15,649 nucleotides of DNA from Candidatus Heimdallarchaeota archaeon (lineage in GTDB: Archaea > Asgardarchaeota > Heimdallarchaeia > Hodarchaeales > Hodarchaeaceae), in the NCBI GenBank assembly GCA_048881705.1, contig JBHLSH010000085.1, forward strand, positions 1-15,649. The letters are read 5' to 3'. The notes under the pieces are model-generated. The model saw nothing but the letters and a program-made list of their open reading frames with translations, was not told where the DNA came from and made no database searches. This document shows, one piece after another, positions 14,995-15,649 of the stretch; the stretch's first letter is position 1; each line of letters starts with the position of its first letter. The translations under genes and the position numbers were made by a program.

Positions 14995-15534
14995 TCATTT
15001 TTCAAATTCATATGGGGTTCCCAAACTGTTATGATTCAAAAGATCACTTATCGATCGTTTATAACCTTGTGATCCTTCATCTATGGCTTCGCCAATAGGA
15101 ACCAAAGCTATTGTTGTGAGTCTTTCATCCTTGACTCCCATCAACTGATTAATTGCGTCCTGATCGAACTCAACCAGTAGGTTACATCCCAAACCCATAG
15201 CCGTGGCCGCCATCATCAACTGAGACGTTGAAATGATGGCATCAATGATATTAGTATCATCAGCTTCCTCGGATTCGTCAGAAACAACCACTACCACTGC
15301 AAAAATAGCAGGAGCATCGGCTGCCCATTCAGATGCTGGCACTAGATGGATTAAATTTTCTTTTACTGTTGGATCGGAAACTAAGATGAAAGTGTAGTTC
15401 TGAATTTCAGATAACGAAGGAGAGAGCTGAGCACAGGCCATCAACTGCTTTAATTGATCTGAATTCAATGCAGTTTGTCCTGATTTGAATTTTCTGTGGC
15501 GTTTGTTCCGAATTACAACCTCGAAATAATCCAT
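14995..15534 (-). CDS. Nitroreductase-family protein (divergent FMN-binding motifs)
   Basis: N-terminal RNKRHRKF, AQLSPS..IQNYTFILV, WAADAPAIFAV, QLMMAATAMGLGC, ALVPIG. GAGG (15546-15543) lies upstream of ATG. Confidence 0.88.
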   Translation of the reverse strand: MDYFEVVIRNKRHRKFKSGQTALNSDQLKQLMACAQLSPSLSEIQNYTFILVSDPTVKENLIHLVPASEWAADAPAIFAVVVVVSDESEEADDTNIIDAIISTSQLMMAATAMGLGCNLLVEFDQDAINQLMGVKDERLTTIALVPIGEAIDEGSQGYKRSISDLLNHNSLGTPYEFEK

Positions 15535-15557
15535 TTACCGATCCTCTGGTACAATCG

Positions 15558-15563
15558 TTATAA
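15558..15563 (-). promoter_or_regulatory. Candidate TATA box TTATAA for the nitroreductase-like gene
   Basis: Located 24-29 bp upstream of ATG 15534. Confidence 0.4.
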
Positions 15564-15582
15564 CTCGCCCAACCATAGCCGG

Positions 15583-15594
15583 AATTTATAAATT
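15583..15594. promoter_or_regulatory. Perfect palindrome AATTTATAAATT (operator or TATA element)
   Basis: 12-bp perfect inverted repeat 49-60 bp upstream of the nitroreductase start; same outer arms as the 13016-13027 palindrome. Confidence 0.35.
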
Positions 15595-15649
15595 GGCCTT
15601 AATCTTCCCAGGCCTTAGAATTCAATCATTTATCTTTTACATCCTCCCC

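Noticed and set aside
1-15649. CRISPR arrays, tandem repeat arrays, IS terminal repeats, tRNA or rRNA genes
   Set aside because: No periodic repeats, transposase motifs or cloverleaf/T-loop signatures were seen on either strand by eye.

Overview
Gene-dense, AT-rich prokaryotic chromosomal window with 16 credible CDSs. It is most likely archaeal and, by inference, Asgard/Heimdallarchaeia-like (TATA-like promoter elements with Shine-Dalgarno sites, a sequon-rich surface protein, a Thermococcales-type M20 hydrolase, and a longin/uDENN-like domain). No rRNA, tRNA, CRISPR array or mobile element is evident. Left to right: (1) a large secreted/membrane glycoprotein-like ORF on the minus strand that the ORF track missed because it runs off the left edge; (2) a divergent MacB/FtsX-type ABC cluster with a permease lacking its extracytoplasmic domain and two different LolD-like ATPases; (3) a convergent ABC-2 exporter; (4) a response regulator whose output domain looks longin/uDENN-like; (5) an extended SDR; (6) a tightly packed minus-strand run of two paralogous small beta-beta-beta-beta-alpha domain proteins (one with a long acidic disordered tail), a GH57 hydrolase, an M20 hydrolase and a DNA-methyltransferase-fold protein with eroded catalytic motifs; (7) an HxlR-type winged-helix regulator, a soluble histidine kinase with a degenerate MEDS-like input, and a nitroreductase-fold protein. 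The best leads are the receiver-longin/uDENN fusion, the paralogous mini-domain pair, the apparent pseudo-methyltransferase and the headless type VII ABC permease. All family assignments come from motif recognition by eye, with no database search.
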